The position numbers and the translations under genes were made by a program. DNA of 64,000 bases from Thermodesulfobacteriota bacterium (GTDB taxonomy: Bacteria; Desulfobacterota_D; UBA1144; Nemesobacterales; UBA2774): assembly GCA_965223335.1 (NCBI GenBank), contig OZ244991.1, positions 2,240,001 to 2,304,000 on the forward strand. Reading direction: 5' to 3'. Of this stretch, positions 1-11,215 are shown one piece after another (within the stretch, counting starts at the first letter, position 1; every line of letters begins with the position of its first letter). The notes under the pieces were generated by a model. The model was not told the origin of the DNA and made no database searches. It saw nothing but the letters and a program-made list of their open reading frames with translations.

Positions 1-1
1 T

Positions 2-883
2 ACGCTTAGCACCACATGCGAGCTGCTACAAGTACCGCTTGCCGTAACAATAAACGCCGCATGGACCAACTACTACTCCGCTGTGCACCGGGCACCCGAG
101 CACATCCGCTTTGGCCGGCTGTTTGGAAGGCGTATGCCCTTTTGGGTGGTGGATAAGATAAAACAATACATCATCACAGAGGACAGCAAGCCCTTTAGAG
201 CGTTTCGAGAATCGCGAGGACTAAAACCCAACAATAATATATGGGATGTGTGGGAGGGCGACATCAACCTGCTTACAGATATCCCCGAGTACAGCCCCAC
301 AGAGAACCTGCCCGACAACTTCCACTATATAGGGCCGATATTTTGGGAGCCCAAGATGCGCGCACCCGAATGGCTCATAGACATAAAACCCGATGTGCCC
401 GCGATATACATCACAATGGGCAGCACCGGTAACCCCAAGGTTTTTGAGGAGGCGGTGGAGATATTCGGCGGGTCCCCCTATCAGTTTATGATGACCACCG
501 CTGGGATGATAGAGCTTGTAAACGTCCCGTCCAATTTCAGGGTCGTCAACTATGCCCCGGGCTCAAAGCTCCTCGAGAAGAGCAACATGGTGATCTGTCA
601 GGGAGGCAACGGCACCATATACCAGTCCATGTCCAAGGGCGTGCCTGTGATAGGGATACCTACGATGCATGACCAGGAGTATAACCTGGACCGTGTAGAG
701 GCGCTGGGTATGGGGCTTCAGCTAAGCGAGTACCATTACAAACCTCTCGACATGGTAGAGGCTGTGGAGAAGCTGCTTAGGGATTATCAATACAAACAAA
801 ACGCCATGAAGTACAAGGCGGTGCTCGAGACCTACGACGGCCCTACGAAAGGTGCCGAGATCATAAACGACTATTTGAAGTAG
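2..883 (+). CDS. GT-B glycosyltransferase (GT1/MGT-like), 5'-truncated by the window edge
   Basis: Frame open from base 2; YITMGSTG and ICQGGNGTIYQSMSKGVPVIGIPTMHDQEYN nucleotide-sugar-binding motifs. Confidence 0.85.
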   Translation, partial: TLSTTCELLQVPLAVTINAAWTNYYSAVHRAPEHIRFGRLFGRRMPFWVVDKIKQYIITEDSKPFRAFRESRGLKPNNNIWDVWEGDINLLTDIPEYSPTENLPDNFHYIGPIFWEPKMRAPEWLIDIKPDVPAIYITMGSTGNPKVFEEAVEIFGGSPYQFMMTTAGMIELVNVPSNFRVVNYAPGSKLLEKSNMVICQGGNGTIYQSMSKGVPVIGIPTMHDQEYNLDRVEALGMGLQLSEYHYKPLDMVEAVEKLLRDYQYKQNAMKYKAVLETYDGPTKGAEIINDYLK

Positions 884-933
884 GGGCGTGGACGCCCCAT
901 TCGAAAGGGAGTACCGGTACTTTAGTGCCCATG

Positions 934-1088
934 GGGACCGATAAGGAGCCGTAGTGTGGCGACTGGCGGGAAGGTACAAAATATAGGGACCGATAAGGAG
1001 CCGTAGTGTGGCGACTGGCGGGAAGGTACAAAATATAGGGACCGATAAGGAGCCGTAGTGTGGCGACTGGTGGGAAGGTACAAAATAA
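934..1088. repeat. 3 x 52-bp tandem repeat of the GGGACCG REP-like family
   Basis: gggaccgataaggagccgtagtgtggcgactggcgggaaggtacaaaata starts at 934, 986, 1038. Confidence 0.9.
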
Positions 1089-1257
1089 AGGGTCTAGCGA
1101 CCCCAAGCAAAACATAGTACCGGTACTTTAGTGCCCATGGGGACCGCCAGCGAATGTAGTGCATGAGCGGCAGGTAGGGACAAAATAAAAACACCGGGAG
1201 TTTATTTACTCTAGGGCTTCCATCTTACCAGGCCGATACGAATTACCTATTTATCTC

Positions 1258-1436
1258 CTACTTTTCCTTGATGAAAAGTAGGCAAAAATCACCGACTGAA
1301 CGGAAATGGCTAAAAATAATCTCTCGATGCTAAATGTATTTAATCCAACCACAACCCCGAAATCCATTCTTAACGCCTCTCAAGCTTATTTTCTATACGC
1401 CATTGCCGTAATGTCGGACTGGGATTTGCAATCCCA
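1258..1436. repeat. ~180-bp structured intergenic repeat, copy 1
   Basis: ctactttt..aaaagtag hairpin, ccgac..gtcgg long stem, terminal hairpin; homologous copies at 7639, 8869, 10948. Confidence 0.85.
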
Positions 1437-1552
1437 TATTGGAAAGGCAAAGGACTAAAAGATATTCCTGCACATGTTATGTGCGCACACCTTGATTTTA
1501 TTGTCCCGATCGTATATTAATATTGGCAGTCAATGCGATTAAGGAGAAGTTG

Positions 1553-1645
1553 ATGGACGAATCAGATCAGAAGTTGGGTATGGCGCTGTTTTTACTTTCT
1601 ATCGTTCTTTTTTTCATCATGTTTATTTACCTCTGGCTTACCTAA
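1553..1645 (+). CDS. 30-aa single-TM small protein (MDESDQKLGMALFLLSIVLFFIMFIYLWLT)
   Basis: AAGGAG RBS upstream; hydrophobic helix; below ORF-track cutoff. Confidence 0.5.
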   Translation: MDESDQKLGMALFLLSIVLFFIMFIYLWLT

Positions 1646-1782
1646 GGGGCCGGGTGCAGTCTCTGCCCGGGTGCATTTGCCAAAGCGCTCCCCTTCCCTA
1701 TTTACACTCTTAGTAGTCAAGAGCCCTTGCTCTATTCATAAAACGACGAGTTAGTGGTATATATTAGATCGAGGGGACCGTT

Positions 1783-2565
1783 ATGTTTCAAGACAGGACC
1801 TGGATTCTTTTCCTTCTGCCGGTACTCATGGGGATAATTGTAGGGGTGGGGGTGCTGTTTCCAGTAAACGAGTTTGTGTTTTTCTACGAGCACACGCCCG
1901 ATGTGGGCAGGGCTGTGGAGTATGCTGGGGACCAGCTGCTTTTGGCGCTGGGAGGGCAGCTGCCGGTAAAAGTACTCTTCTATGCCGCAGTGGGACTAGT
2001 GCTGGGGCTTTTTTCTGCGCTTTTTTACAACTCTCTATACGCGCGGACCAAGGTAGTGCACAAGCTTAGCGAGGAGCTTGGCAAAAACCTCGAGGCTCTA
2101 ATCGCTGGGGGCGAGAGCGCACACCTGGAGTTTAAGTCCTCGTTCCGCTGGGACTACAAGGACATTAAGGCCAACCGCTCACTTGAGGATGCGGTGGTAA
2201 AAACGCTGGCCGGGTTCCTAAACGGCGAGGGAGGCACTCTGATAATCGGTGTAGACGACCGGGCCCAGGTGCTTGGGCTAGAGAACGACTACTCCACACT
2301 CAAACAAGAGGACCGCGACGGCTTTGAACAGGCCATCATGGCCAAGGTAGCATCAAAGATAGGCGGCGACATCACACAGCACATCACAACCGTGTTCCAC
2401 GTAATAGAGGGCAAGGAGGTCTGCCGCATAATAGCCTCGCCCTCGCACCGGCCCATATACGTTAAAGAGGGCGACCAGACCAAGTTTTACCTGCGCATGG
2501 GCGTGAGCACACGCGAGCTTAACGTGCAGGATGCTGTAGAGTACATAAATGAGAGGTGGGGCTAG
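1783..2565 (+). CDS. Membrane-anchored AlbA_2 (Schlafen-like) domain protein
   Basis: Two N-terminal hydrophobic segments; GESAHLEFKSS and KTLAGFLNGEGGTLIIGVDD motifs. Confidence 0.85.
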   Translation: MFQDRTWILFLLPVLMGIIVGVGVLFPVNEFVFFYEHTPDVGRAVEYAGDQLLLALGGQLPVKVLFYAAVGLVLGLFSALFYNSLYARTKVVHKLSEELGKNLEALIAGGESAHLEFKSSFRWDYKDIKANRSLEDAVVKTLAGFLNGEGGTLIIGVDDRAQVLGLENDYSTLKQEDRDGFEQAIMAKVASKIGGDITQHITTVFHVIEGKEVCRIIASPSHRPIYVKEGDQTKFYLRMGVSTRELNVQDAVEYINERWG

Positions 2566-2877
2566 GCACTACGCACCGAAAGCACTTGTACTTCCACGAC
2601 AAAATGATAAAATGTTGCCCAAATTCAAGCACTGTTACCGGTTCGGATACGGAATGTGAACAAAGCGATAACGGAGCTAATACACTCAGGAGAAAACGGT
2701 ATATAAACCAGGAGTATTCCTAGACAACAACAGGTATATAATTAAACTTAGTTAATGGAATATTCCCGGTCCTGATTACCTTGGTTGGTATAAATATACA
2801 CAACTCGATCACTAGTGATTAGAACCACGGTTTGTGTGCATGGGCCTCTCGGTTTATATATTCTAAACAATTAAATC

Positions 2878-3993
2878 ATGTCGACTACTGCTACTGCCAC
2901 AGGTTCAATTGCTAAACCCAAATCCAATGTAAAAATTCGTTTTGCCCCCAATAGCGAGTTCGAGCACGAGCTCAACCAGCGCGTAAACGCCCATTTTGAG
3001 AACTCGTCAAACAAAAAGAACGACTGCTACACCATGTACCTGAAATCCTTCCTAGCTATTTCGTGGGTGATAGTCTCGTACTGTTTGATCGTGTTTGCGG
3101 GGCTTCCTGTCTGGGGCATTGTGCTTGCCTCGATATCGCTTAGTTTCGCACTAAATGCACTGTCGTTTAACGTAATGCACGACGCGATCCACGGTGCGTA
3201 TTCAAAACACAAGATCGTAAACAGGCTTATGGGCCATTGGCTCGATCTCATAGGCGGCAGCTCGTATTTATGGAACCGCAAGCATAACCACTATCATCAC
3301 TCGTATCCCAATATCACTGGGCACGACGACGACGTCGAGGTCGGTGTGTTTGCACGGTTTACCCCGCATCAAAAGAAATATTTTTTCCACCGCTTCCAAC
3401 ACATCTATATCTGGTTCCTCTACGGGTTTTTGGCCATAAAGTGGCACATATTAGATGATTTTTACTGCTACTTTACAGGTAAGATTAACGGCCACGAAAT
3501 CGAACGCCCCACGGGGCTAGACGCCGTCATATTCTTTGGGGGCAAGGTCTTTTTCTTTACCGCTGCACTCGTTGTGCCCTCGTTTTACTACCCATTCCCC
3601 TACGTGGTGCTGTTCTATGTTTTTATCGCTATGCTCCAGGGTGTGATAATGTCGATTGTGTTTCAGCTGGCCCACTGTGTGGAGGAGGCCGAGTTTCCCA
3701 TGCAGGATGAAGAGGCCGGGGTGATGGACCGCACGTGGATGGTGCACCAGATCCACACCACAGTGGACTTTGCACGGGGCAACAGGCTGTTAACATGGTA
3801 CCTGGGCGGGCTTAACTACCAGGTCGAGCACCACATCTGTCCCCACATCTGCCACATCAACTACCCCGATATGTCGCGTATAGTAGAGCAGACCTGTAAG
3901 GAGTATGGTGTGCCCTACTCTGCCCACGGCGGGTTTTTGGATGGGCTCCGCTCGCACTACAACTGGCTTCGCGAACTGGCCCACGCCCCGTAA
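2878..3993 (+). CDS. Membrane fatty-acid (acyl-CoA) desaturase
   Basis: His boxes HDAIH, HNHYHH, QVEHH; TM segments. Confidence 0.9.
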   Translation: MSTTATATGSIAKPKSNVKIRFAPNSEFEHELNQRVNAHFENSSNKKNDCYTMYLKSFLAISWVIVSYCLIVFAGLPVWGIVLASISLSFALNALSFNVMHDAIHGAYSKHKIVNRLMGHWLDLIGGSSYLWNRKHNHYHHSYPNITGHDDDVEVGVFARFTPHQKKYFFHRFQHIYIWFLYGFLAIKWHILDDFYCYFTGKINGHEIERPTGLDAVIFFGGKVFFFTAALVVPSFYYPFPYVVLFYVFIAMLQGVIMSIVFQLAHCVEEAEFPMQDEEAGVMDRTWMVHQIHTTVDFARGNRLLTWYLGGLNYQVEHHICPHICHINYPDMSRIVEQTCKEYGVPYSAHGGFLDGLRSHYNWLRELAHAP

Positions 3994-4047
3994 GCCCAGG
4001 CGTTTGTTAGAGTCTAAATAATTATTGATAAGAATTTATTAGATGTG

Positions 4048-4698
4048 CTACTGCTTGGCGCATTCGCCGTCGTGTTTTTTAAGCACGCCGTTTCCGATCC
4101 TGACACAGTCGTTGCCATAGGACTTGCCGTCGCACCCGCATACGGGGCGAAACTCCCGCGTGCATACCTCGTGCTTCTCCACACATTCCCCCAGTGTGTC
4201 GGTACCGTCGCATACCCCGGCAGGTTTCTCACAGAACCATCCGCTGCCACAGGGAGTGTTGTTTACCCCGCCGCAGACCAACGGCTCTTTTTCTGAGGAA
4301 GACTGTGCAGTATGGGGGTCGAGGCCATCGAGCAATCCAAGGAAGCTGTCCGAGTCGCTTACGAATGTAACGGACAGGTGCGGGCACTCGACACCTTCTA
4401 CGTAGTTGCCACATACTGTAACGGCGTTATTGGTGTCGCGGTTTTTGGCCAGGTCATAGTCGCTGCCGCCCGAAGCGGGCAGGAGCCTGATTTCTTTGCC
4501 CCTTAGCTCCTTTGGGGCCACTATGGTGGACAGGCGGTCTGTAGCACCGTCCATGCAAATGCTGACCTCGTCGCTTGAGATAACCGTAACAAAGCCCGAG
4601 AGGCACACAGGGTGTGTGGTTTGCTCTGCATTGGAGCTAAGCGCCAAAAACGGTGTAAAGAAAAGCAGTGCTGTAAATATTGTTGATAGTGTTCTCAT
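4048..4698 (-). CDS. Secreted protein with C-terminal Kazal-type inhibitor domain
   Basis: Signal peptide; CTREFRPVCGCDGKSYGNDC Kazal motif. Confidence 0.8.
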   Translation of the reverse strand: MRTLSTIFTALLFFTPFLALSSNAEQTTHPVCLSGFVTVISSDEVSICMDGATDRLSTIVAPKELRGKEIRLLPASGGSDYDLAKNRDTNNAVTVCGNYVEGVECPHLSVTFVSDSDSFLGLLDGLDPHTAQSSSEKEPLVCGGVNNTPCGSGWFCEKPAGVCDGTDTLGECVEKHEVCTREFRPVCGCDGKSYGNDCVRIGNGVLKKHDGECAKQ

Positions 4699-4971
4699 AG
4701 TATTTCTCCTGGTGATTTAGGTATGTCGTTGCCCGAGTGTGTATACAATACGAGTATATCTTAGGATTTCGTGCATTCCACAAAAAATTTGTCATTTATC
4801 AAATCGGACTTGATTCCAAAAGAAATAAGAACATACATAATAACGTACTTGACTATATATATAATAAAGCACTATAATTAGTAAAAGGGGTGAGCACGCA
4901 CCTTCCCTGCAGGGTTTTCACGACACCTCATATGAAATGCCCCTAAACGATTTTCATAGGAGGATGTAAGG

Positions 4972-7473
4972 ATGAAAACCTTTAAAACTTTAACTCTTTA
5001 TTTTTCTGTACTAGTAACTGCTGTATTTATGCTGAGCACTGCATCTAATGCAGCGACGTTCACCGTGATGAACTTGAATGATTCAGGGCCGGGATCGCTG
5101 CGCCAGGCCATATTGGACGCTAATGCGGCAGCCGGACCTGACGATATTGTATTTGATGCGGGGGTTATAGGAGTAATACCGACGGATGCTGCTGTAGATA
5201 ACGTGTTTTCAGGTGAGATGGCAATAACCGACGATGTTACCATTACAGGGCCCGGTGCGGGAGTAGTGACAATAGACGCACAGATGGTAGACAGGATATT
5301 AAATATTGACGACACACTGGTGACTGAGATAGTCGTATCGATAAACGGGCTTACGTTTACAAATGGTTTTGTCGCTGGCGGTGGTGGTGCCATATTCAAC
5401 CGCGAAGAGTTGAGTGTGGATTCGTGCGTGTTTGTGGATAATAGCACAAATGACGGTAACGGAGGCGCTATATTTAATGATGCAGGTACTATCCCAGGAT
5501 TACTCAACACCACATTCAGCAGCAACAGCACTACAGGTGCATTCAGGGGAGGTGGTGCTGTATACAACAACTTAGGGACCATCCAGAGCATATCCAACTG
5601 TGATTTTAACGCTAACAGCTCTGTTTTTGGTGGAGCTATATACAGCTTTAGCGGCACCATAGAAGAGATACTAGGCACTACGTTTAGTGGGAACAGCGCT
5701 GAGAACGGTGGTGCTATTTATAATGATCAAAATCTGATTATGGATATAATGAACTGCTCGTTCACCGGAAACACTGCAACCGAGGATGGCGGGGCTATTG
5801 GTAATGCCTTTATGAGTACAATAGAAGTAGTAACCCACAGCACATTCAGCAGTAATGGTGCTGGTGAAGATGGCGGTGCTATATTCAATGCGGATAGCTC
5901 AATATCCGAAATATCCAACAGTACCTTCAGTGGAAACATCGCAAATGATGATGGCGGTGCTATTTACAATTATAACAGCTTAATCGAAGAGATAGTCGAC
6001 TGTACATTCGACGGTAATAGTGCTGTTCAATTAGGTGGGGCTATCGCCAATTTTAATATAACTACGATTGAAATAATTATGAATAGCACATTCAGTGGTA
6101 ATAGCGCTAATTTTGGGGGCGCTATTTATAATATTGATAGCGCAACAGAAAGCATAATCAACAGCACCTTTAGTGGTAATAGCGCTATTAATATCGGTGG
6201 GGCTATTCGTAATTATGACGGTTTAGTTAACATCTCTTTTACAACCATTGCAAATAATAGTGCGAATACCGGTGGAGGAATTGCTACTGATGGCCTTGGT
6301 GCAGAAGTAACCAATGTACGCAACTCCATAGTGGCGCAAAATACACCTGCAAACTGTGCTGGGCCTACAACCGATATGGGAAGCAACTACTCGAATGAAA
6401 CTTCTTGCGGATTTGGTGCCGGGGACAACTCAGTAGTAATACTGGGCCCACTGGCTGATAACGGAGGGCCGACGCAGACAATAGCGCTGTTGGGTGGAGC
6501 ACCGCAAGACGGGGCTTCTGCGGCTTGCGATCCACTGGACGACACAGGCACACCAACAGGGGTTGCACTACCCAACGACCAGCGTTACTTCCCAAGGCCG
6601 GCGGGAGCAGCATGCGACTCGGGTGCTTATGAGGACGGTCCATCGGCAGCGGTATCTATAACTAAGATTACCGAACCACCCGGTGGAGTAGGATATGACT
6701 TTAACACCACAGGGTTTGGTGCAGTGGTAGGATGTCCGCTGGCCGGAACTGCGGGTGCGTTTACAATGAACCACAACGAAACACGGAGCTGCGCAGTGCC
6801 AGGCGGGGACTATACAGTCTCTGAGAATATCCCCGCCGGACAGGTGCTAAACATATTCTGCAGCGAACTACCCCCAGGGGCTGTGATAGATAACGCTGCG
6901 GGGCTACTTAGCTTCTCGATAGTGGACTCTCAATCCAATGTGGATTGCTTATTTATCAACACCGTAGCAGGGACGGTATTAAACGCTGAGGAAGAGCCCG
7001 CAGGAGCAAACTGTGAGTTTGGCGGTGTAAAGATAGAGTCGGGACTCGATACAAACCTAAATGGAGTGCTTGATCCTGCGGAGGTGCTAAACACCTTCTA
7101 TGTATGTAACGGGGCACCGGGTGCAGAGGGACCCGAAGGGCCGGAAGGACCTGAAGGACCGGAGGGACCAGAGGGGCCTGAATCCCTGATCAACACCACA
7201 ACAGAGCCACCGGGTGCTAACTGTGAGTATGGCGGGGAGAAGGTAGAGGTAGGCCTAGATGATAACGAGAATGGCGTCTTGGAACTGAGTGAGGTTGAGG
7301 ACGTATTCTACATATGTAACGGAGCGCCGGGTGAGGACGGGGATGATGAAGGGAGTTGTGCGTTGATTGCATCAACAAGCAACCCAAGCGGTGGCTCGGT
7401 ACTGATAGGGTTCCTGGCCTATCTGGTGATACCGGCTGTGATCCTAGCCCGCAGGCGAATGCGCAAGAGGTAG
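4972..7473 (+). CDS. Surface beta-helix protein (GGAI repeats, choice-of-anchor-Q-like), short collagen-like GPE run, C-terminal membrane anchor
   Basis: Signal peptide, [12 protein letters not shown], repeated [28 protein letters not shown]...CDSGAYE, (GPE)n between two E.PGANC.GG.K repeats, TM plus basic tail. Confidence 0.85.
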   Translation: MKTFKTLTLYFSVLVTAVFMLSTASNAATFTVMNLNDSGPGSLRQAILDANAAAGPDDIVFDAGVIGVIPTDAAVDNVFSGEMAITDDVTITGPGAGVVTIDAQMVDRILNIDDTLVTEIVVSINGLTFTNGFVAGGGGAIFNREELSVDSCVFVDNSTNDGNGGAIFNDAGTIPGLLNTTFSSNSTTGAFRGGGAVYNNLGTIQSISNCDFNANSSVFGGAIYSFSGTIEEILGTTFSGNSAENGGAIYNDQNLIMDIMNCSFTGNTATEDGGAIGNAFMSTIEVVTHSTFSSNGAGEDGGAIFNADSSISEISNSTFSGNIANDDGGAIYNYNSLIEEIVDCTFDGNSAVQLGGAIANFNITTIEIIMNSTFSGNSANFGGAIYNIDSATESIINSTFSGNSAINIGGAIRNYDGLVNISFTTIANNSANTGGGIATDGLGAEVTNVRNSIVAQNTPANCAGPTTDMGSNYSNETSCGFGAGDNSVVILGPLADNGGPTQTIALLGGAPQDGASAACDPLDDTGTPTGVALPNDQRYFPRPAGAACDSGAYEDGPSAAVSITKITEPPGGVGYDFNTTGFGAVVGCPLAGTAGAFTMNHNETRSCAVPGGDYTVSENIPAGQVLNIFCSELPPGAVIDNAAGLLSFSIVDSQSNVDCLFINTVAGTVLNAEEEPAGANCEFGGVKIESGLDTNLNGVLDPAEVLNTFYVCNGAPGAEGPEGPEGPEGPEGPEGPESLINTTTEPPGANCEYGGEKVEVGLDDNENGVLELSEVEDVFYICNGAPGEDGDDEGSCALIASTSNPSGGSVLIGFLAYLVIPAVILARRRMRKR

Positions 7474-7514
7474 GGCTTAAGAAAGGATAAGAGACACAAC
7501 AACATAAATAGTAC

Positions 7515-7542
7515 AAAAAGGGAGCTTCGGCTCCCTTTTTTT
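7515..7542. terminator. Bidirectional intrinsic terminator
   Basis: aaaaagggagc-ttcg-gctccctttttttt. Confidence 0.85.
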
Positions 7543-7638
7543 GGGGTCGTGGACGCCCCATTCGAAACATGGTGCTGCATCTTTATTTGTATTAGGGATT
7601 ATATATAGGTAGACCGATGCTTTTTTATCTTTTATTCG

Positions 7639-7817
7639 CTACTTTTGCTTGACCAAAAGTAGCCAAAAGTCACCGACTGACAGCGATTAGCTAATAATTG
7701 GCTCGTACGGTTAAATGTATTTATCCAGCCACAGCCCCGAAATACATTCTTAACACCGTACTCACAAATTATCTTAACGCTAATAGCTGAATGTCGGGAT
7801 TGGTGTCTACGACACCA
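7639..7817. repeat. ~180-bp structured intergenic repeat, copy 2
   Basis: Same architecture and length as 1258-1436. Confidence 0.85.
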
Positions 7818-7878
7818 TTAGGGACTGCAAAATAGAAATGATATGAAAGCACATTCAATGTGCCACTTGCTATACGAC

Positions 7879-8178
7879 TCAGCCTGCAATCCTAAGGCTC
7901 TCGATCGAGGATGGATCGAATGTTTTGGATGTGTGCCACAGATCGTATGACTGCTGCATATTGAGCCATAGTTCGGGGGTTGTATCAAACGCCTTAGATA
8001 AACGGAGCGCCATTTCGGTGCTAATACCACATTTCTCGTTGATAATAGAAGAGAGTGTCTTTCTGGTTACACCCAGCGCTCTTGCCGCGTCGGTTATCGT
8101 CATACCGACTTCGTCTAGGTATACGGTTTTTAAAATCTCTCCGGGATGCGGAGGGTTGTGCATTAATTGTTTGCGCAT
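7879..8178 (-). CDS. higA: HigA antitoxin (XRE HTH)
   Basis: [10 protein letters not shown]...[14 protein letters not shown]...[25 protein letters not shown]. Confidence 0.92.
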   Translation of the reverse strand: MRKQLMHNPPHPGEILKTVYLDEVGMTITDAARALGVTRKTLSSIINEKCGISTEMALRLSKAFDTTPELWLNMQQSYDLWHTSKTFDPSSIESLRIAG

Positions 8179-8196
8179 TTTCTTGTGTCTCCCACT

Positions 8197-8475
8197 TTAA
8201 TGATAGTCCAAGTAATCGACGTCATAGACATTGCCATCCGAAAACTTGAACACGACGCGCCAATTACCACTGACCTTGATGGACCAACGGCCTTTGAGCC
8301 TACCTTTTAGTTTATGTAGGCCCGATCCGGGGAAATCGAGGTCTTTTAGTTCATGTGCCTCATTTAGAAAGGTCAATATAATCCTTAAACGTTTATTGTG
8401 ATCGTCTTTGATCCCTGAACTGCTGCCTTTAAGGAAATAACGCTCTAGCCCCTTGTGTATAAATGAGTGTATCAA
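8197..8475 (-). CDS. higB: HigB (RelE-family) toxin
   Basis: IHSF.HKGL..., LHKLKG...RWSIKVSGNWRVVFKF, DYLDYH end; probable TTG start at 8475; toxin precedes higA. Confidence 0.9.
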   Translation of the reverse strand: MIHSFIHKGLERYFLKGSSSGIKDDHNKRLRIILTFLNEAHELKDLDFPGSGLHKLKGRLKGRWSIKVSGNWRVVFKFSDGNVYDVDYLDYH

Positions 8476-8663
8476 TATTAGAATGTAACCTGTAACGTTG
8501 CAGGTGTCAATATGGGACCGCAAGGTGGGGGCCGAGAGGGAGTAGTATTACCACGACCGCAGGCAGGAACGGAATGGGGTAGTGGGAGGTAGAGCGACCG
8601 ATAGGGAATACATGGGGAAGAGAGTGAATGTCGGTGATTGGTGTCTACGACACCATCTGGGAG

Positions 8664-9225
8664 AGGCAAAAGACTAAAGATATGGAAGCTCCAATGGGGA
8701 CCGGGGGTCTGAGACCCCTCTCATAAAATAGTTCCATAACTTTAGTGCCTATGGGGACCGGGAGCTAGCGGAGTCGAGCTAGCGACAGGGAGGGACAAAA
8801 AAAAGAGACCTACAGGACTGGAGTCTCCTAGTGCACAAAACTAAATATATTCCTGAACATGTAATGTGCTACTTTTGCTTGATCAAAAGTAGCCAAAAGT
8901 CACCGAATGACAGCCATTAGCTAAAAATAGCTAACTCCGTCACGGCTCGCGCCGCGGCATAACAAAAGACTAACGTATCACTTATGACAGCACACTCAGT
9001 GTGCAATTTATGACTCCGTTGCGCTATTTTCTTAAGGCGAATCGCTGAATGTCGGCAATGGGGTCTATGACCCCATGGGGGAAAGGCAAAAGACTAAAGA
9101 CATGGAAGCTCCAATGGGGACCGGGGGTCTGAGACCCCTCTCATAAAATAGTTCCATAACTTTAGTGCCAATGGGGACCGGGAGCTAGCGGAGTCGAGCT
9201 AGCGACAGGGAGGGACAAAAAAAAG
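8664..9225. repeat. Pair of ~142-bp direct repeats (8664-8805, 9084-9225) flanking copy 3 of the structured repeat (8869-9075)
   Basis: aggcaaaagactaaaga...gggagggacaaaaaaaag duplicated with 420-bp period. Confidence 0.85.
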
Positions 9226-9239
9226 GGGTCGCGGGAGGC

Positions 9240-9680
9240 CTAAGAAAATCCTATGTGGATGATCTTGCCGTCTTTGTCGATAATTACGGTTACTCTGTCG
9301 CTGTTGTGGTCCTCGGGGATAGGGTCTCGGGGGCCAAGCACCCTAAGCTCTTTGCCATAGAGCTTGCGCCAAGAGCGCTCGGAGCTCTCTACGGTAAGAG
9401 TCTGGCGGCTCTTTTTGTGCAGTATGGATACTTTTTTGAACTTCTTGGCAATCTCGTTGGTAAGCATAAAATGGATGGGTTTCGATAGAGCGGGTTTTTC
9501 GGAGTGCCCCTCTCTTACCTCCACAGCCAGCGACAGTGTGTCGGGCGGTTCGAACCCGCTGTCTTTTATAGTGAGGACCACGTGGTCGTCATCGTGCTCT
9601 GTTGCAACCGTGCCGTGCACAATGAGCGCCAGCGGGTCGGCATGGAGAATAGCTTTTGCTACAAGGTCGTCGTTATGCAT
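9240..9680 (-). CDS. Hypothetical protein with C-terminal peptidase-inhibitor I78-like segment
   Basis: RVLGPRDPIPEDHNSDRVTVIIDKDGKI pattern. Confidence 0.55.
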   Translation of the reverse strand: MHNDDLVAKAILHADPLALIVHGTVATEHDDDHVVLTIKDSGFEPPDTLSLAVEVREGHSEKPALSKPIHFMLTNEIAKKFKKVSILHKKSRQTLTVESSERSWRKLYGKELRVLGPRDPIPEDHNSDRVTVIIDKDGKIIHIGFS

Positions 9681-9817
9681 CGGTCAACAATACCGTATGG
9701 TATGGTAATATCGATTATATAATTTATGTATGTGATTGTAAAGTATTGTTATTAAAGGTGTTTATGGAGTTGTTTGCGTGAGAATATGTGGCCCGTGTGT
9801 TGGGATCGGTAATGGGT

Positions 9818-10195
9818 TTAGGATTTTTCCTCGGGGGGTTCGAGCGATCGGTCGTCGAGCCCAAGCATGTCGAGTAGGTTCATCCTAAGCGCCAGTGTGT
9901 CGCGTGCGGTGCTGTTGGGATATGTTTTTACGGCCTTTGTAAGCTCGTCTAGGCTCTGGTCCGCTGCGTTAGACACTATTGTAACCAGGCCCCCGTCTAT
10001 CTCCATCCCCATATCGGTTACATCCACATAGTTATGGAGCGGCGGGTCATAAAACACCGTTAGCGGGTCACAGTACGACCCAAGCCCGCGTATGAGTTTA
10101 GGGGGTGCTGCGGGGAACCTGCGGTCCAAAAACCACTCGGTCTTGTCCTTATGTTTTTTGAATTCCTCTATAAACTCGTCAATTGTGTTTATCAA
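9818..10195 (-). CDS. Hypothetical protein
   Basis: 125-aa ORF with GGAGAG RBS-like sequence upstream. Confidence 0.55.
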   Translation of the reverse strand: MINTIDEFIEEFKKHKDKTEWFLDRRFPAAPPKLIRGLGSYCDPLTVFYDPPLHNYVDVTDMGMEIDGGLVTIVSNAADQSLDELTKAVKTYPNSTARDTLALRMNLLDMLGLDDRSLEPPEEKS

Positions 10196-10402
10196 GCCGG
10201 TCTTCTCTCCCCAGTGCTAAAGTTGCAGTCTAGTATGTATACAAATTGTATTTTAATCAAACCCTATTAGCAAAGCAGGCAGCAAAAAAGCAATTTATCC
10301 ACAGCTAGAATATACATTAAATATGCTTAGTAACCTGCTGTGATAAATAGATATACAGCTTGTGCAAGCTTGTGGATATCCTGTGTATTTCTTACGTGCA
10401 GA

Positions 10403-10654
10403 TTAATCTTCTTTTGTTGCTGTGTTGTCGGTGATCAAGTCGCTTTCGAGCACGTATTTAACACGGTTAATAATGTGGTTAATGTTCTCGTATTTGGCAT
10501 CGAGTTGACTCTGTGCGAGCTCTAGCCAGTCAATGATTATTGCTGTGGCCGGCAATGACGTATGCTCCATTCTCTTTCTTATCATCTTGTCTAGATCGTC
10601 AAGCCCCATGCCATAGTGCTCGAACTCGAGTTCTCTCTGAGTTTTTTCAGCCAT
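10403..10654 (-). CDS. Hypothetical protein
   Basis: 83-aa helical ORF, GGAGA RBS upstream. Confidence 0.6.
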   Translation of the reverse strand: MAEKTQRELEFEHYGMGLDDLDKMIRKRMEHTSLPATAIIIDWLELAQSQLDAKYENINHIINRVKYVLESDLITDNTATKED

Positions 10655-10785
10655 AATCAGTCTCCCTATTAGTAGTTGGGGTATAAATATAAAGATTGTT
10701 ACGGTTATTGCAACAAATATAATATCTTTTGATGCTGCGTGTACTAATCACGGTATTCTGCGTATCGGCGATATGCTATGGGTAA

Positions 10786-10877
10786 AAGGGAGCGGTCTTT
10801 TGCGACCGGCAGGTAGGGACAAAATATGGGGACCGCAAGGGAGCGGTCTTTTGCGACCGGCAGGTAGGGACAAAATA
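10786..10877. repeat. Two units (51-bp period) of GGGACCG-family repeat
   Basis: aagggagcggtcttttgcgaccggcaggtagggacaaaata at 10786 and 10837; reverse complement also near 34230-34250. Confidence 0.8.
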
Positions 10878-10947
10878 CAAAAACCAGGACTTTATTGGCA
10901 CTTGGGTTTATATATCTCTAAGCCGACACTCATTACCCATTTGCTTC

Positions 10948-11127
10948 TTACTTTTCCTAGATGAAAAGTAAGCAAAAATCACCGACTGCACATAGACGTG
11001 CTAAAAATAGTTTGCTTAAGCTAAATGATATAATTCGGCCCACACCCCGTATATCATTCTTAACGTCTCTCAAGCTTATTTTCTATACACCATTACCGTA
11101 ATGTCGGGGTTGGTGTCTACGACACCA
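10948..11127. repeat. ~180-bp structured intergenic repeat, copy 4
   Basis: Same architecture as 1258-1436. Confidence 0.85.
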
Positions 11128-11215
11128 TGAGGAAAAAACTGAAGACTAAACAAATACCAGCACATGTAATGTGCCACACTCAGTGTGCCACAGGTTTTGT
11201 GCGGCTAGCCCTACC

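Noticed and set aside
934..1088. Tandem repeats as a CRISPR array (also 33865-34260)
   Set aside because: Units are contiguous near-identical copies with no unique spacers, and no cas genes are present.
722..1194. Short ORFs over repeat regions (also 8478-8669, 10773-10964, 33719-34163)
   Set aside because: Translations of non-coding repeats.
4998..5678. 226-aa minus-strand ORF
   Set aside because: Antisense shadow of the GGAI-repeat surface protein.
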